Shown here piece after piece: positions 51,701-64,000 of a stretch of DNA of 64,000 nucleotides (position 1 is the first letter of the stretch; each line of letters opens with the position of its first letter). The notes under the pieces are model-generated. The model was not told where the DNA came from, did no database searches, and saw only the letters and a program-made list of their open reading frames with translations. The stretch comes from Felis catus. Its lineage: Eukaryota. The DNA lies in assembly GCF_018350175.1 (NCBI RefSeq), contig NC_058368.1, positions 65,722,001 through 65,786,000 on the forward strand. The letters are read 5' to 3'. Made by a program: the position numbers and the translations under genes.

Positions 51701-52553
51701 GGGAGCCATCCAGTGGCCTCCCTCCTCCCAACTTTTCAGGGATGGCCAACTGGAATGCCTGTCCCCTGCATACATGCTTTCTGTGGTTTAGCCAAGTCCT
51801 TTGATTCCTGTGGTGATCCCTGCTCAATGGCCTCTACCCCTCCATTCATCAAGAGTTGTGGTCTTGTGGTAAAAGAGGACAACTACCATCTCGGACCTGA
51901 ATTCAGTCTCTCCTCCCTGAGGAGGCTCCTGCCTTGAGCCTTCCTCATTGTTGTACTCCCTGTGAAGGATCCCCAGATGGGCTTGATCCCTGGAAGTTTT
52001 TTTTTCTTCCACATGAACATTGATGAGAGAAAAGTCTTGTTTGCAAAATGAAATTTAGACAGTACTCCTTCTATTCATAGCTTTTTGTTTCACTGAATAT
52101 TGGAAACAGTCTTGGGAAAAGATTCTAGAGAACAAACACTTACTGACACAGTAACACTAAAAAGGAAAGATGAGTGTTTTACCTGCTGGCATGTGGTTTC
52201 ATTTTGTGAAGCAGCTGAGTCAATGACTATAATCAGAGAAGTTTGGCTTTGAAAATAATAGTAATAAAAATTTCCACTAAATTATACTGCTTTTACCATG
52301 TAAAGATAAAACCTTTCAAATATGGACTCAGCAAATTATAAAAGAGTATCAACTAACCAGTGACTGCAGAATATTGCTTTTTTTCTCCTTCCTCTGTAAT
52401 TCTTCTTCCATAAGTCGTGTGACACGTTTTCCAGAATCTAGGCACATTTCATCACTCCCATTTGCCCCAATCTCAGCTTCATCATCTCCTGCCTGAACCT
52501 CCACTCCCTCCCTGTCGTTCATGCTTCATAGAGCATCCTGTGTGATTTTTACA

Positions 52554-52789
52554 CAGAGGTCAGCTACCTTATTCTTAAAGAGACTGGTAAAAAATAGTTC
52601 AGGCTTGCAGGCCACATTGTTTTTGCCACAACTACTCAATTCTTTCTGGTGGTGTAGCATGAACCCATGAAACCAAGCATGGAATCAGACATAGACAATA
52701 GATGAAGGAATGTGCCTGGCAGTGTTCCGATAAATTTTATTTACACAAACTGAGGGTGGTAGCCCATTAGCCTGTTTCAACAACCCATG
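52554..52789. mobile_element. MER58-like hAT-Charlie relic
   Basis: caggcttgcaggccaca...cacaactactcaa...gtgttccgataaattttatttac. Confidence 0.8.
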
Positions 52790-52808
52790 TTGTAAAACTA
52801 AGTATCTG

Positions 52809-52932
52809 AGAGTTGTCTGGATGGTTCAGTAAGTTGAGCATCTGAGGCTTGATTTCAGCTCAGGTCATGATCTCAGGGTCATGGGCTCGAACCCCAAGTC
52901 AGGCTCCACATTGAGTGTGCAATCTGCTTAAG

Positions 52933-52988
<56 letters not shown>

Positions 52989-53035
52989 TGCCCCTCTCCC
53001 CTACTCACACTCTTTCTAAAAACAAAAACAAAAAT
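52809..53035 (+). mobile_element. Can-SINE, older, long (CT)n
   Basis: ttgatttcagctcaggtcatgatctcagggtc. Confidence 0.9.
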
Positions 53036-53162
53036 GTGTATCTGAACTTGTCACTCTCCTATCTGAGGCCCTCCTTTGTCATCTTATTGTAGGTAGGATA
53101 AAACCTGAACTCTTTCTCCTGGCTTATAGAAACTCACCTTTCTAGACTTGCTTCTTTAAACA

Positions 53163-53193
53163 TTTTTTAAAGCTTGCTTGCTTCCTTGCTTGC

Positions 53194-53233
<40 letters not shown>

Positions 53234-53368
53234 AGGGGGCAGAGAGAGAGGAAGAGAGAATCCCAAGCAGGCTCCGTGCTAACACCACCATCTCACAGAC
53301 TGTGAGATTGTGACCTAAGCCAAAATTCAGAGCTGGATGCTTAACTACTGAGCCACCCAGGCACGCCT
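53163..53368 (-). mobile_element. Can-SINE, internally deleted, with (GCTT)n(AGTT)n
   Basis: Reverse head ctgagccacccaggcacg. Confidence 0.88.
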
Positions 53369-54249
53369 GGACGTGCTCTTTAATATCCCTAACTAGGTAC
53401 CCCCCTCCTTGCTTTCCTAACAGTTAGGCTCTAACCATGCTGACCTGCTTGCTGTCACTCATACTCCTGGGCTAGCTCCCTCCTCCTGAGCGTCTCTTCA
53501 CCCATCAACACTTGGCTGTGGTGTTTTTGGTTTCATTATTAATCAATTGGGTATTAGTTCAAGTTCACTTCTGCAGAGAGGCTTCCCTGACCATCCTGTG
53601 AAAAACATCCCTCCCCACTCCCTGGACCACTCCCTCAGTATTCCTTTCACAAATTTGCTTCCTTCAGAGTCCTTCATTATTTCAAATTATGTTATTTTGT
53701 GTATTTATTCCTTGTCTGTTGTACTATTAGGACATAAGCTCCAGGAAGGCATGGATGGACTTTGCTTTCTCGATCCCCAATATCCAGAGACACCCTTGAA
53801 TCATAATTAGTGCATAATGAATGTTTACTGAATGAATGAATGAATGAATGAGAATATCTTGTTTAGTATTAGTACAGAGTCCAAGTACTAAGTATTAATA
53901 GAGGAAAGAGAGTAATTCCCTAAAGGCATGATTTAGCCAAAGTAAGAAAATGATGTGGAAATTCTTGCATCTTACTTGCTGTAAGTCAAAGTAGAGGGTT
54001 TGTCTGAGGGTTTCGTGCTCCCTTTTACTCTGTGCTGCATAACATACACTTAACATACACAGAGGAAAATTCTGTGGGCCATGGTCGACAAGGACCTTGA
54101 GACTCTGGACCAGTCCAGGAGAGAACCATCAGGGTTTAGAAACATCATCAGAGCACTTTCTCAAAGGAGTTGACCCAATCTATGCTTATTTAGCCTAGAT
54201 AAGATTCATGGTACTATGAACTCTATATTGACATGTAGCTTTATAAAAT

Positions 54250-55170
54250 ACCACCATCTCAAATATTCAGACACCAGTAAACTCATCAAAAGGTACACAA
54301 ATACATTTTTCATCAGAGAAATTTTAGGTGAAATTTATACTGAATGCATACTTGTTATAATGGCTAAAATGAGAAAGATAATACCAAGAGTTGGCAAGGA
54401 TGAGAAGGAACTAGAATTCTCAATTTATAGCAAAGACGAAATTGCTACAGCTGTTTTGGAAAACTGCTGGACAGGACTTAATAAAACTGAACATAGGCAT
54501 ATCTTATGACTCAACAATTTTTTTTTATTTTTTTTTCAACGTTTATTTATTTTTGGGACAGAGAGACAGAGCATGAACGGGGGAGGGGCAGAGAGAGGGA
54601 GACACAGAATCAGAAACAGTCTCCAGGCTCCGAGCCATCAGCCCAGAGCCTGACGCGGGGCTCGAACTCATGGACCGCGAGATCGTGACCTGGCTGAAGT
54701 CGGACGCTTAACCGACTGCGCCACCCAGGCGCCCCTCAACGATTTTATTTTTGGCTATGTACCTAACAGAAATGTGTACCTGTGCATCCTAAAAGATGTA
54801 CACATGAACATTCATGGCAGCACTATTTAAAATAGCCCAAACAGGAACAACCCCAAGTAAATTGTGGTGTACTCATTTCAAGGATACTATAGGATAATGA
54901 CAATGAACAAATCATTGCTGTATGCAAGAAAATGAATACATCTCATAAGCATAATGGTGAACATGGAAATCACACTGAGGAGCCCATTCTGTAGGAGTTT
55001 ATACATATAAAGTTCAAAACTAATCAACCTGTGAGTCAGGGCTTGATTATCCAGAAGGGAGCTTTTGTGACACTGATAATGTTTACGTCCTGCTCCAGAT
55101 GCTGTGATCTGGATGAATGTGATCTTCCCTGTATGTGAGATATGCGCTAATAATATGTTTTTACTTAAAC
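54250..55170 (+). mobile_element. Old L1M (L1ME-like) 3' region
   Basis: ataataccaagagttggcaaggatg...ttttggaaaactg...cattcatggcagcactattt..aatagcc. Confidence 0.75.
54518..54735 (-). mobile_element. Can-SINE, young SINEC_Fc-type
   Basis: TSD tcaac(a/g)atttt. Confidence 0.96.
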
Positions 55171-56901
55171 AATCTGAAGTCGCTTCATGGTTTCCTTCAA
55201 CATCTGAAAGACAAACATCACACTTCTGTCTCTGATTTCCCTCTCCAAACCCCTAGACCCCTTTACCGCTCAGTAAATGCAAGTGACAGCGCTTTTTGTA
55301 TGAGCAAGACAGGTGGTTACATTAGAGAATGTTCCACCTGCCTTATAAATAGAGTTGAATGAAAAAAATAACAGTGTGACCTTAATAAATCTCACTCAAG
55401 CTCTCCCTTGCTTTTCTACTTTCAACATAAAATTTCAAAACTATCCAAATGCCCTTGATGCCATTTCATTGCATATTTGATCCTGGATAGATTTATGCTA
55501 ATCCCCGTGCTTTTCCAGCAGAGATGTTAGTCAGCACTGTTGTCACCCAGAGCCTCCCTCCCACTCTGTGCCATTTATTGTAACTAATTGGCCTAGACTG
55601 CATGAGATCCCATTTAACAAAACATTTGATGGCTCCTCTGGTTGATATGTGCTTCAGAAAGCTCCCTAAGTGTCTAAGGTTTTCATTAGTTTTTATAGCA
55701 CACTGAGTTAATTATACTGTGCAGTAGGTTTTCAGGTTGAACAGTCAAGGAGAGAAAGGAGTAAACACGGAGATGCTGGAGAGGAAGTAAAACCATTTCT
55801 GATTTTGGCAGCCTTACAACTTGAAAGAGCTTGAAAGGCTTTAACTGGGGCCTTTCTCTGGGCAAAGAGCTGATGACCTGGGAGTGACTTACTAGATCCA
55901 GGTGGCCCTTACAAGAAAGAAAACAGGACCTCACCCCTTGCTGGAATGTATAATTTGTGGTAAAACTTGAGGGACCCATTATAATCTGTTGACAACATTC
56001 CTTCGTAAAAGGTCAGGACGCAATGGAAGTTAAAGAGGCAAACCCAGTTTAGATTCTGCATTTACTGGGTAGTCCACAGTGCTGTGTCACACGGGAGCTT
56101 GGGCTATGATGAAGGAGAAGGTTGCTAAAGACTATGGTGATGTTCATTCTCTGCGTGACATTCCAGGGGAGATAACGAGGAGGGCCATTTTTTCTAGAAT
56201 CAACTTCAGCACTAGGACTACTCAAAGAGTAAGCTTTTATGACTGAGTCTGGATCCGAATTCTTATGCTTCAAAGGAATGTGGCAGCCGTACTACATCAT
56301 GTAATTCTTGAGAGTTTTGCAGACGTTGTCAAATTACTGCTCATCAACGCAATGGCATATCTGGGAAGAATCTGGAAGAAACCTGCTAAATCCTTAGTCT
56401 TGAATGAAGTCCCTAAAGCTGGTCATCAGGAAGCATTCTTTTACTGCTGGAAATGAGCTCAGTGGTTCTATCTCATTCATGAGCACAGCGTAGTATTTGC
56501 TTTCCATTTACAGCAATTTGCCAGCTATGCATCTATTCAAACAGTATTAATTACATCGATTTTATGGCCTATATCTAGGATAGCCATTACTGAATATTGC
56601 TTTTATCAGTCGTGTGTGTGTGGTATATATTTGAAGTATGGACTAGATACAGATACAAGTATGACTATCGGTTCTAGATACCCATATGTTACCCAGTTAT
56701 GGATACCATACACAAAGATATGCATATGAACAGGGATGATAGATATGGATATATATGATATGTGTATATGGTACATTCTTGTAGAAGAGGCCTAGGTATT
56801 AAGTGAAGAAAGAACTGTATTATGGCATTCTGATGTTTTAAAAACAAATCTACCTCTCTTTACCAATCTTGAAGATCAATTATAAAAATCCCAGTATTTG
56901 T

Positions 56902-57130
56902 GGAGCACCTGAGTGGCCCAGTTGGTTAAGCGTCCGCCTTCAGCTCGGGTCAGAATCTCACGGCTTGTGGGTTCGAGCCCCACGTCAGGCTCTGTGCTGA
57001 CAGCTCAGAGCCTGGAGCCTGTTTCAGATTCTGTGTCTCCCTCTTTCTTTGCCCCTCCCCCGCTTATGTGCTCTCTCTCCCTCTCTCTCTCAAATATAAA
57101 TAAACTTCAAATTTTTTAAAAAAAATTTAA
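56902..57130 (+). mobile_element. Can-SINE
   Basis: TSD similar to aaaaatc..agtatttg. Confidence 0.93.
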
Positions 57131-57298
57131 AAATCTAAGTATTTGAGAAAAATGGGCCTTACATCTACATAATAATGAAAATGACTCAGTGTGATATCCT
57201 TGAAGGCGAAGATACCATATTTTCCATTTCCATATCCCCTGCGCCTTTCATATAATGATAGATAATACATGACTGGTGAATGAGTAAATGAAAGAAGG

Positions 57299-57470
57299 AG
57301 GGCACCTGGGTAGCTCAGTTGGCTAAGCGTCTGACTTCAGCTCAGGTCATGATATCAGGGTCCATGAGTTCTAGCCCCGCGTCACGTTCTGTGCTGACAG
57401 CTCAGAGCCTGGAGCCTGCTTCGGATTTTGTGTCTCCCTCTCTCTCTCTCTGCCCCTTCCCCCACTGATG

Positions 57471-57518
<48 letters not shown>

Positions 57519-57550
57519 AATAAATAACTATTAAAAATTCTAAAAAAAAA
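57299..57550 (+). mobile_element. Can-SINE
   Basis: TSD aaagaagga. Confidence 0.93.
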
Positions 57551-58269
57551 GAAGGAATAAGTGGCTTATACTTTCACTCATTTTAAACAAAGATGATGAT
57601 GATGATAATGGTCAATCTGTAAGCATTTCCTCATCATAGACAGATGTTGCATATCCAACTTCCTACTCTGAAGAAAAAAAAAAAACACCTCAAAATTGCA
57701 TCTTTCTTGTCCTGTTATTTCCCAAAGTAAAGCCCAGGTGTCCTTCCAAGGTTTTGTCAGGCGAGAGGCCAGCTCGCTTCCCCAGCACGGGAGTGACTCA
57801 GTGGTGCTCTGCCAGGATAGACTCCTATGACGGGGATGTTTGCAGCTGACAGCACTATCAACAACGCGGCTTATTAACACCACCACCACCACAAAAACAA
57901 ATATAGGAGATGAACATAAGACAGATGATTTTGTTTATCTCAAGTGAAAAAGACAAGCAATGAGACCCCTGGGAGCCCTGAAATGAGAAACTTCTGAAGC
58001 TAATTGAGATATGATTAAAAAGATTGCTGTGCCTTATTGCCAGGAGTCATTGAGTTTTGTCATTAGGTTCCCCAGCGCTGGAGCAATCAAACCAGTTATT
58101 ATGCCTTTAGCAAGCGGCGGACTGGAGTATATATTTTCTGTAAAACAGAAACTTATTAAGGGTATAAGTGCAGTTTCTGAAACAAATTCAATAAATATAT
58201 TTTAAGAAATTGCTCTCTTTGGTATTGTTTATCATAGACTCAGACATACGGTTTGAATTCTTTTTTATA

Positions 58270-58582
58270 GCAGTCTCGTCCAATATAAATACTGTGCAAG
58301 TCACATGTGTAATTTTCAATTTCCTGGTGACCATATTATGAAGAAGTAAAAAGAAAGAGGAGAAATTACATTTAGTAATATTTTCACTTAACCCTGTACA
58401 TCTAAAATAATATTATTTCAACATGTACTCAGTATAAAATATCACTAATGAGATCTTTTGCACTTCTTTTTCCTGTAATAAGTCTTTGAGATTGAGTGTG
58501 TATTCTTTACTTGCAGAACGTCTCAATTTTGTCTAGCCAAACCATGCTTAATGACTAGTGGTTGCCATATTGGACAGGGCAG
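58270..58582. mobile_element. MER33-like hAT-Charlie relic
   Basis: Inverted ends gtccaatat ... atattggac; interior attatttcaacatgta. Confidence 0.85.
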
Positions 58583-59106
58583 GCTACAGCTTTTCTCTGT
58601 GTGGCTATTTTAAGAGATAAATTAGACTATCGCATGTCAGCTATGCCACTTGAAAATTTCAGGGCTGCACCTTCTTAGTGATCTGATCTTTGCCAGAGGA
58701 GGAAAATTCTCTTTCTGCACTAATATTTCTGTGAATCTCCCAATATTTGAAAGAACGTTGTCATTAAAAGGAGCACATCATAGCTTCCTAGGCAGCCATT
58801 ATTTAAGTAGTATTATTTATTGAATTATATTTTGAACATGCACGTGACTATCATTCAAGGCTAAATTTCAGGGTAGAAACAATTCAGTGTGGATAAACGG
58901 TTCATGGCAAGGTGTTGCAGATAAAAAAATCCCCAATGAAGAAACACACAACTACCATTCACAAGAACACCTTGAGAAAAACTTTGCTGTGCACCCCAAA
59001 CCTCTTTTGTATTGGCATCAATGGACACATGAAACCACTATCCACTAAAACATTAGAATTATTCCACTTATAAAAATTTTCATCATTTTCCAGTTTGTTA
59101 TACATC

Positions 59107-59332
59107 ATTTTTCTTTTTTTTTAAGTTTATTTATTTTGAGAGAGAGAGAGAGAGAGAGAGAGAGCAAGCGAGCACGGGTGGGGGAGGAGCAGAGAGAGAG
59201 AGAGGGAAAAAGAGAATCCCAAACTGAAAGCTTAGAGCCCAGTGAGGGGCTCCATCTCATGAACGGTGAGGTCATGACCTGAGCCGCAATCAAGAGTCGG
59301 ATGTTTAATCAACTGAGCCACTCACGCACCCC
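59107..59332 (-). mobile_element. Can-SINE
   Basis: TSD tac(a/g)tcattttt. Confidence 0.92.
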
Positions 59333-62300
59333 TACGTCATTTTTCCAAATAGCATCAAATTGCATTGTGTGAGAGCAACATGTAGAAAAACCACAAATCT
59401 ACTCTGACCGAGGTAGATTATTAAACTTACTTGAAAGTAGAAGGTTTTATAATTTAGTTTCTTATTTCCAAGTTCTGTAAACTATAGTTGTTTTCAGAGT
59501 ATTTTCAAAAGGCCTGGAGCTTTTTACAGCAATCAAAAAAACCCGATTTGGGGACTAGGTAGAATGGTTGGGTGCTGAGGTAAGGGAGTTTCTACTTACC
59601 CCTTGGGTGTACAACCACTCACGTGTTTAAGAACTGTGCGTCACAAATATGTCAGCTAAGTAGGAAAGGACTTTCTTATCGTGACTTCTTCATTCTTCTT
59701 GTCTCCTTCTTCTTCTCCACCCTACCTCATCCACTCTCCCCACTCTACTCTCCACTTGTAAGTGACACCTACAAGCATGTAGGACACGTAGGACAATGGT
59801 CCCCAGAGCCAAGTGGGAACTAATGTCATCCATTTAGTGTGCTTGGGCATAAAATATGAACGGAATTTGGTATATCATCCCATTACACCTGAAATTTGTA
59901 AATTAAGACAAAACAAAACAAAACTTCTGAGAGGGAAATAATCAGTTATCCTTAAAGTGTTGGTTTGAATTGATGGGCAGATTGAGAGGCTATCTCATGG
60001 TAGCATTGAACTCACTGACTCTCCTAATCAGGAGTGTTTCTGCTGAGGGCACATGCCGTGCGACGAAACAAAGACAAATCATGGCAGCAGAACACCCATG
60101 ATGATGGGCTGAAGTAGAAAATCGGCTACGTGGCATTGGCGGTAACTGAGATGGACAGAAGGGAACAGTTGGTGAAGAACATGTCCGTTATCTTTAGGAA
60201 CTGATGAAATGATAAGGGCCATTTTTCTTGGCTCTCCTTCTTAGTTGATTTTGACAGCTAATCAAAATCTCTTCGTTCCTGTCTGCAATAGTAAGACATC
60301 AACGCCCATGGAGTTTAATGGCCTCTAGCCAACATTAAAATTTAGCCAGTTTAAGTATTTGTTGCCAAATTGCACCTTGGCTTCTGCAGAAATGGGGGGT
60401 TAGAATTCTGCAGTGCTAGGCTGCAAGAAAAGTTGGAAAATGAAAATGTTATGGTTTCAGCAGAAAACAAAAAGTGTCCTGAAGACTTGGAATCCCACAA
60501 ATAAGTCACAAGTTCTGTTAAACATGAATGAACCATAAAGAGCTCTTCAAAACTCAAATGTGGAGTCATTAAAATCTCTCTGGATGTGCACTACTTTTGT
60601 TGATAATTAAAACATGTTCACAGGCTCTCCTAAGTGGGAACAATTACAGAGTTATTGTTTCACAGTGAAGTTAGCAAATTATTTCAACAAAAATTGCAAC
60701 AGTGGTAGACTTGTTAGTTCCTGAGCACTATGAGGGGCGGATTGAGTCATTCTTCCATTTGTATGAGTAAATAGCATCCAACAATCATCTCTGTTGTTGA
60801 GGGATTGAAATTCTCCCTGCTCCATCACCGGAGCACTTAAAAGTCGGAAACATTTCTTTTGCGAGTAAGATTTTCATTGCTTTTTTGGTCAATGCAGAAT
60901 TTAAGTTGATACGTTTTTAATAACTTATTTGAGTAATTTCAAGAATAGACTATGTCTTTTTGAAATCAACAAAATGTGCATGGTGATGTGGTAAACATGC
61001 TCAACATGATATGGTAAAATTGGCTCAAATAATGAGCCAATTAATACATCCCGAAATGGGCACATGAAAATTAGTTGTGGATATAATGAACCTTTTCAAA
61101 AACAACCATTTGCCTGATTATTGAAATCACAAATGTTTCCCTTTCTTATTCTTCCTCTGCGAAAACCAAATAAACAGCAATAAGACTTATAAAGCGAAAC
61201 AGTGCAAACTGATAATTAGCAGTGGTTGAAATGGGTTATAGGCCATTTGAAATCTTCCCGAATTATAGCAGATAATCAATAAATAAAGCATTAAGTTACA
61301 TTAGCCCAGAGTTCAAATGATTTTTCCAGTAACATATACAATGGGTAGTCCCAAAATTTTATCCTGAAATTAAGATGAATATATAGTCTGTTTCTCTTGG
61401 CACGTTTTGTTTATGAGTGTATGTATATTTTTCTTTTACCAACAAATGCCAATGGGTGATAGTGACTTGTGTTTTAATGAAAACATTCACTTTTGTATAT
61501 TTTCTACGATAAAGTAAAAAGTAAGGAGCTGATCACAAGAATTCAAGGGAAAACATTGAGATACTCCATGCATGCATGTTTCTGCATCAGAACAGCAAAG
61601 ATCCGTGGGAGGTAGAACACCGTGCATGCGCAGAGAACGACAAAGGAAAGATAACTCCGCTGTGATTAACTTTTACCAGGTTCATGGTGAACTTGATATA
61701 CCTGAAAAGCTAGGCACATTCCCACTTTGCCCTTCCTGTTTCAGGTTGAATGCTTGGTCGGTTTTTGAAAATAAAATAATAATCACTACCATTAGGAGGA
61801 CTCCCTGGCACCTGTATCACAGCTTACGTAGATGGCTGGCCTTGAAGGGTGCGCACTCTCTACTGCTTGCCTGCTGGATCTGATCCACTTCTACATCTAC
61901 TGGGCGTTTCTAGGTACTTTTTGGCTAATTACTTCTGAAAAGTAGCCAATCTTTTACCAGAAATTAAATGGCTCGCTCCGGGATCTTGTTTCTCTTGCCT
62001 ACAGAGGCGACTGCCTATACCTTCTCTGAAACTCCAACGTTACCTTAAAATGAATAGTAAAAGGAAAATGTGTGCATCCTGAAATGGATTTAAATGGAAT
62101 GGGAGTGCCGAGCTCTTGGCATTCTCTGCCGCAAGACTGTATTTGGATGTAGAAGACTATCATCTCTCTATGCCAAAAAAAAAGACACATACCAAATTAT
62201 TTATTGAAGCCTCTCAGGGACCCAGCCACACGTAAATGGATACAACCAGACCGCTAGGAGGCTGAAAACTCCCTTGAAACTAGAGATAAATGTGAGGAAT

Positions 62301-63141
62301 TTCAAAATAACCACATATCAAAACTTGAAATCTGTGGGAAACTTTTTCAGCAATTTGTAATCTCCTAAATATGTGTGACAGCAACACTGACATCTTTGAA
62401 CCCTGAGTAATAGGATTGCTACTGTCTCATCGCCATATACATACATCTATTTTTAATACGCAATGATATAATTTTCAGTTCAAGATAATGCATGCCACTG
62501 CTCTTTAATGATAGTGATGAATAGAATATTGATTAGAAAACAGTCTAAATAACAGGTAATTGATAGGGGTGAGGGAGATGTGGCATTTTCTGTCTTCGTT
62601 TTTACATAATAACTACAGATTTCTCAGCCTCAATAATATGTATCAGGCATAATCAAGAAAATGTAATATATGAATTAATTCTTTCAACAAGAATGTGTGA
62701 TGCGTAAACACAGCGTTATGCTATAATTTGGCACTGCAAATGAATTTGATGCATTTACTAGTGGAAGAAAAAATATCATTTGCATAGGGAGATAGAGGAT
62801 ACTGTTTAGTGTTTATAGCAAGAAATTTAAATCTTTCCATTTATTTCTTGGATGGCAGATACCCGCATCTGTGAGATCATGATATTCACAAAAATGCATC
62901 CTTAAGAATCTTGTTTACTCTGATCTATGTTTAAAAGACTCATATTTTGGGAAATGTCCATTTCTGTTAGCTAAACCTGGAAAGGCACATTTGCTATTGA
63001 AATTTGTCTAGTTTTCTGAGAAAGCAAAGGTAAATGGAATGAGGAACTGAGCCAGATAGAATAATTCTTCATTTTCCAAGGTGTCGTCATTGGCATTTTT
63101 CATAAACCTGACTTCTGCTCTTCCTAAAACCTTAGTTGTGG

Positions 63142-63170
63142 GTTTGTTTGTTTGTTTGTTTGTTTGTTTT
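63142..63170. repeat. (GTTT)n microsatellite
   Basis: Direct reading. Confidence 0.9.
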
Positions 63171-63639
63171 TGGTCCCTTTTCTTTTCACTGTTTACTTTG
63201 AACATGTTTTTCAAAGTGTCCTGCATTTGTTGCTTTGGTCATGGCATTATGACTGGCACACAAAAATGGAACAAACAACTATTTGTAGAAACTAAGATCC
63301 TGGTCAAGATGGATTTCTTCCAAGCCAGAAGACGAAAATTGTCTCATAAGAGATTTTTAGTGGCCTTAGAGGACCTTTAAAATGTGAAGCCCTATTACTC
63401 ATTTAAATAAGAATTGGATGAAAGTACATGAAATTTTTCCTACACCTGTGCCCTATTTTCTAATCTGAGGTACTTAAGCATAGCTCCTATTCTCAAAAAT
63501 ACTTAGAGTAAATAACAGCAACACCATCCTCCTTTTCAGAAAATAGTTGAAAATCAGTAAAACACAGAAAAAGGAATGCAGAGTTGAAAACTTCTTTTTC
63601 TTATTTCTAGCGAATGCAATTTAATTATTTACAAAACAA

Positions 63640-63765
63640 TGTAAATATATTAATTATTTGTTATGTAAATATTGTATATAATATATAACTGCATTACATA
63701 TTATTACATATTATATATTATATAAATAATATATTAATTATTAAAATAATTAGATTATTTTATAT
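63640..63765. repeat. AT-rich low-complexity tract
   Basis: Direct reading. Confidence 0.85.
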
Positions 63766-64000
63766 CTGCTCATTTTTGCTAAGACTTGAGAGATTCAAGA
63801 AATCTCTTGTTAATAAAAGAAGATAAGGGTGAATACCATATTTTGGAAAAAATATTTTTAACAACTTAGTGAAGGCATTATTTCTTAAAATATGTGAATT
63901 CATATATTACTATTTTTAAAAATGTTTCTGTTTTATAAAAATGTCGATTGGTAGCACTATGTGCTGTCTAGAAAACAGCTCTGGCAAAGCATTATTCTTA

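Larger units (their letters stand above)
52440..53850 (+). mobile_element. L2 3' region split by MER58 and two SINEs
   Basis: cagagaggcttccctgacca...ataagctccaggaaggca...terminal (GAAT)n. Confidence 0.75.

Noticed and set aside
51612..52012. GC-richer block with overlapping ORFs, possible processed pseudogene
   Set aside because: No recognisable parent protein, poly(A) or TSD.
56049..56456. Protein-looking ORFs on both strands
   Set aside because: No recognisable homology or consistent splice signals.
1..64000. tRNA/snRNA genes and host-gene or locus identity
   Set aside because: tRNA-like A/B boxes belong to SINE heads; no U6, 7SK or Y RNA signature noticed; no exon I can assign to a gene.

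Overview
Mammalian genomic DNA from a carnivore, almost certainly a felid: it carries about 38 tRNA-derived Can-SINEs, about 10 of them near-identical young SINEC_Fc-type copies. The window is AT-rich, repeat-dense and looks intronic or intergenic. I found no protein-coding exon, structural RNA gene or CRISPR array that I can call with confidence. Nearly all ORF-track entries come from SINEs, L1 decay or microsatellites. The largest feature is an apparently full-length but dead carnivore LINE-1 on the minus strand (about 9170-16436, 19-bp TSD, ORF1 and ORF2 starts recognisable), which hosts two younger L1 3' fragments with their own TSDs. There are also older L1M/L2/MIR fragments, MaLR/ERVL LTRs and DNA-transposon relics (Tigger2-like, MER5, MER58, MER33). 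The most unusual sequence-level signal is a near-perfect 162-bp tandem duplication (35051-35378) whose junction forms an 18-bp palindrome, suggesting fold-back templated repair. Several smaller duplications have locally templated filler. A few repeat-free, motif-rich segments look like candidate enhancers, and two weak candidate exons are noted. I cannot support a previously undescribed biological system here. Repeat subfamily names are from recall of consensus sequences, not from a search.
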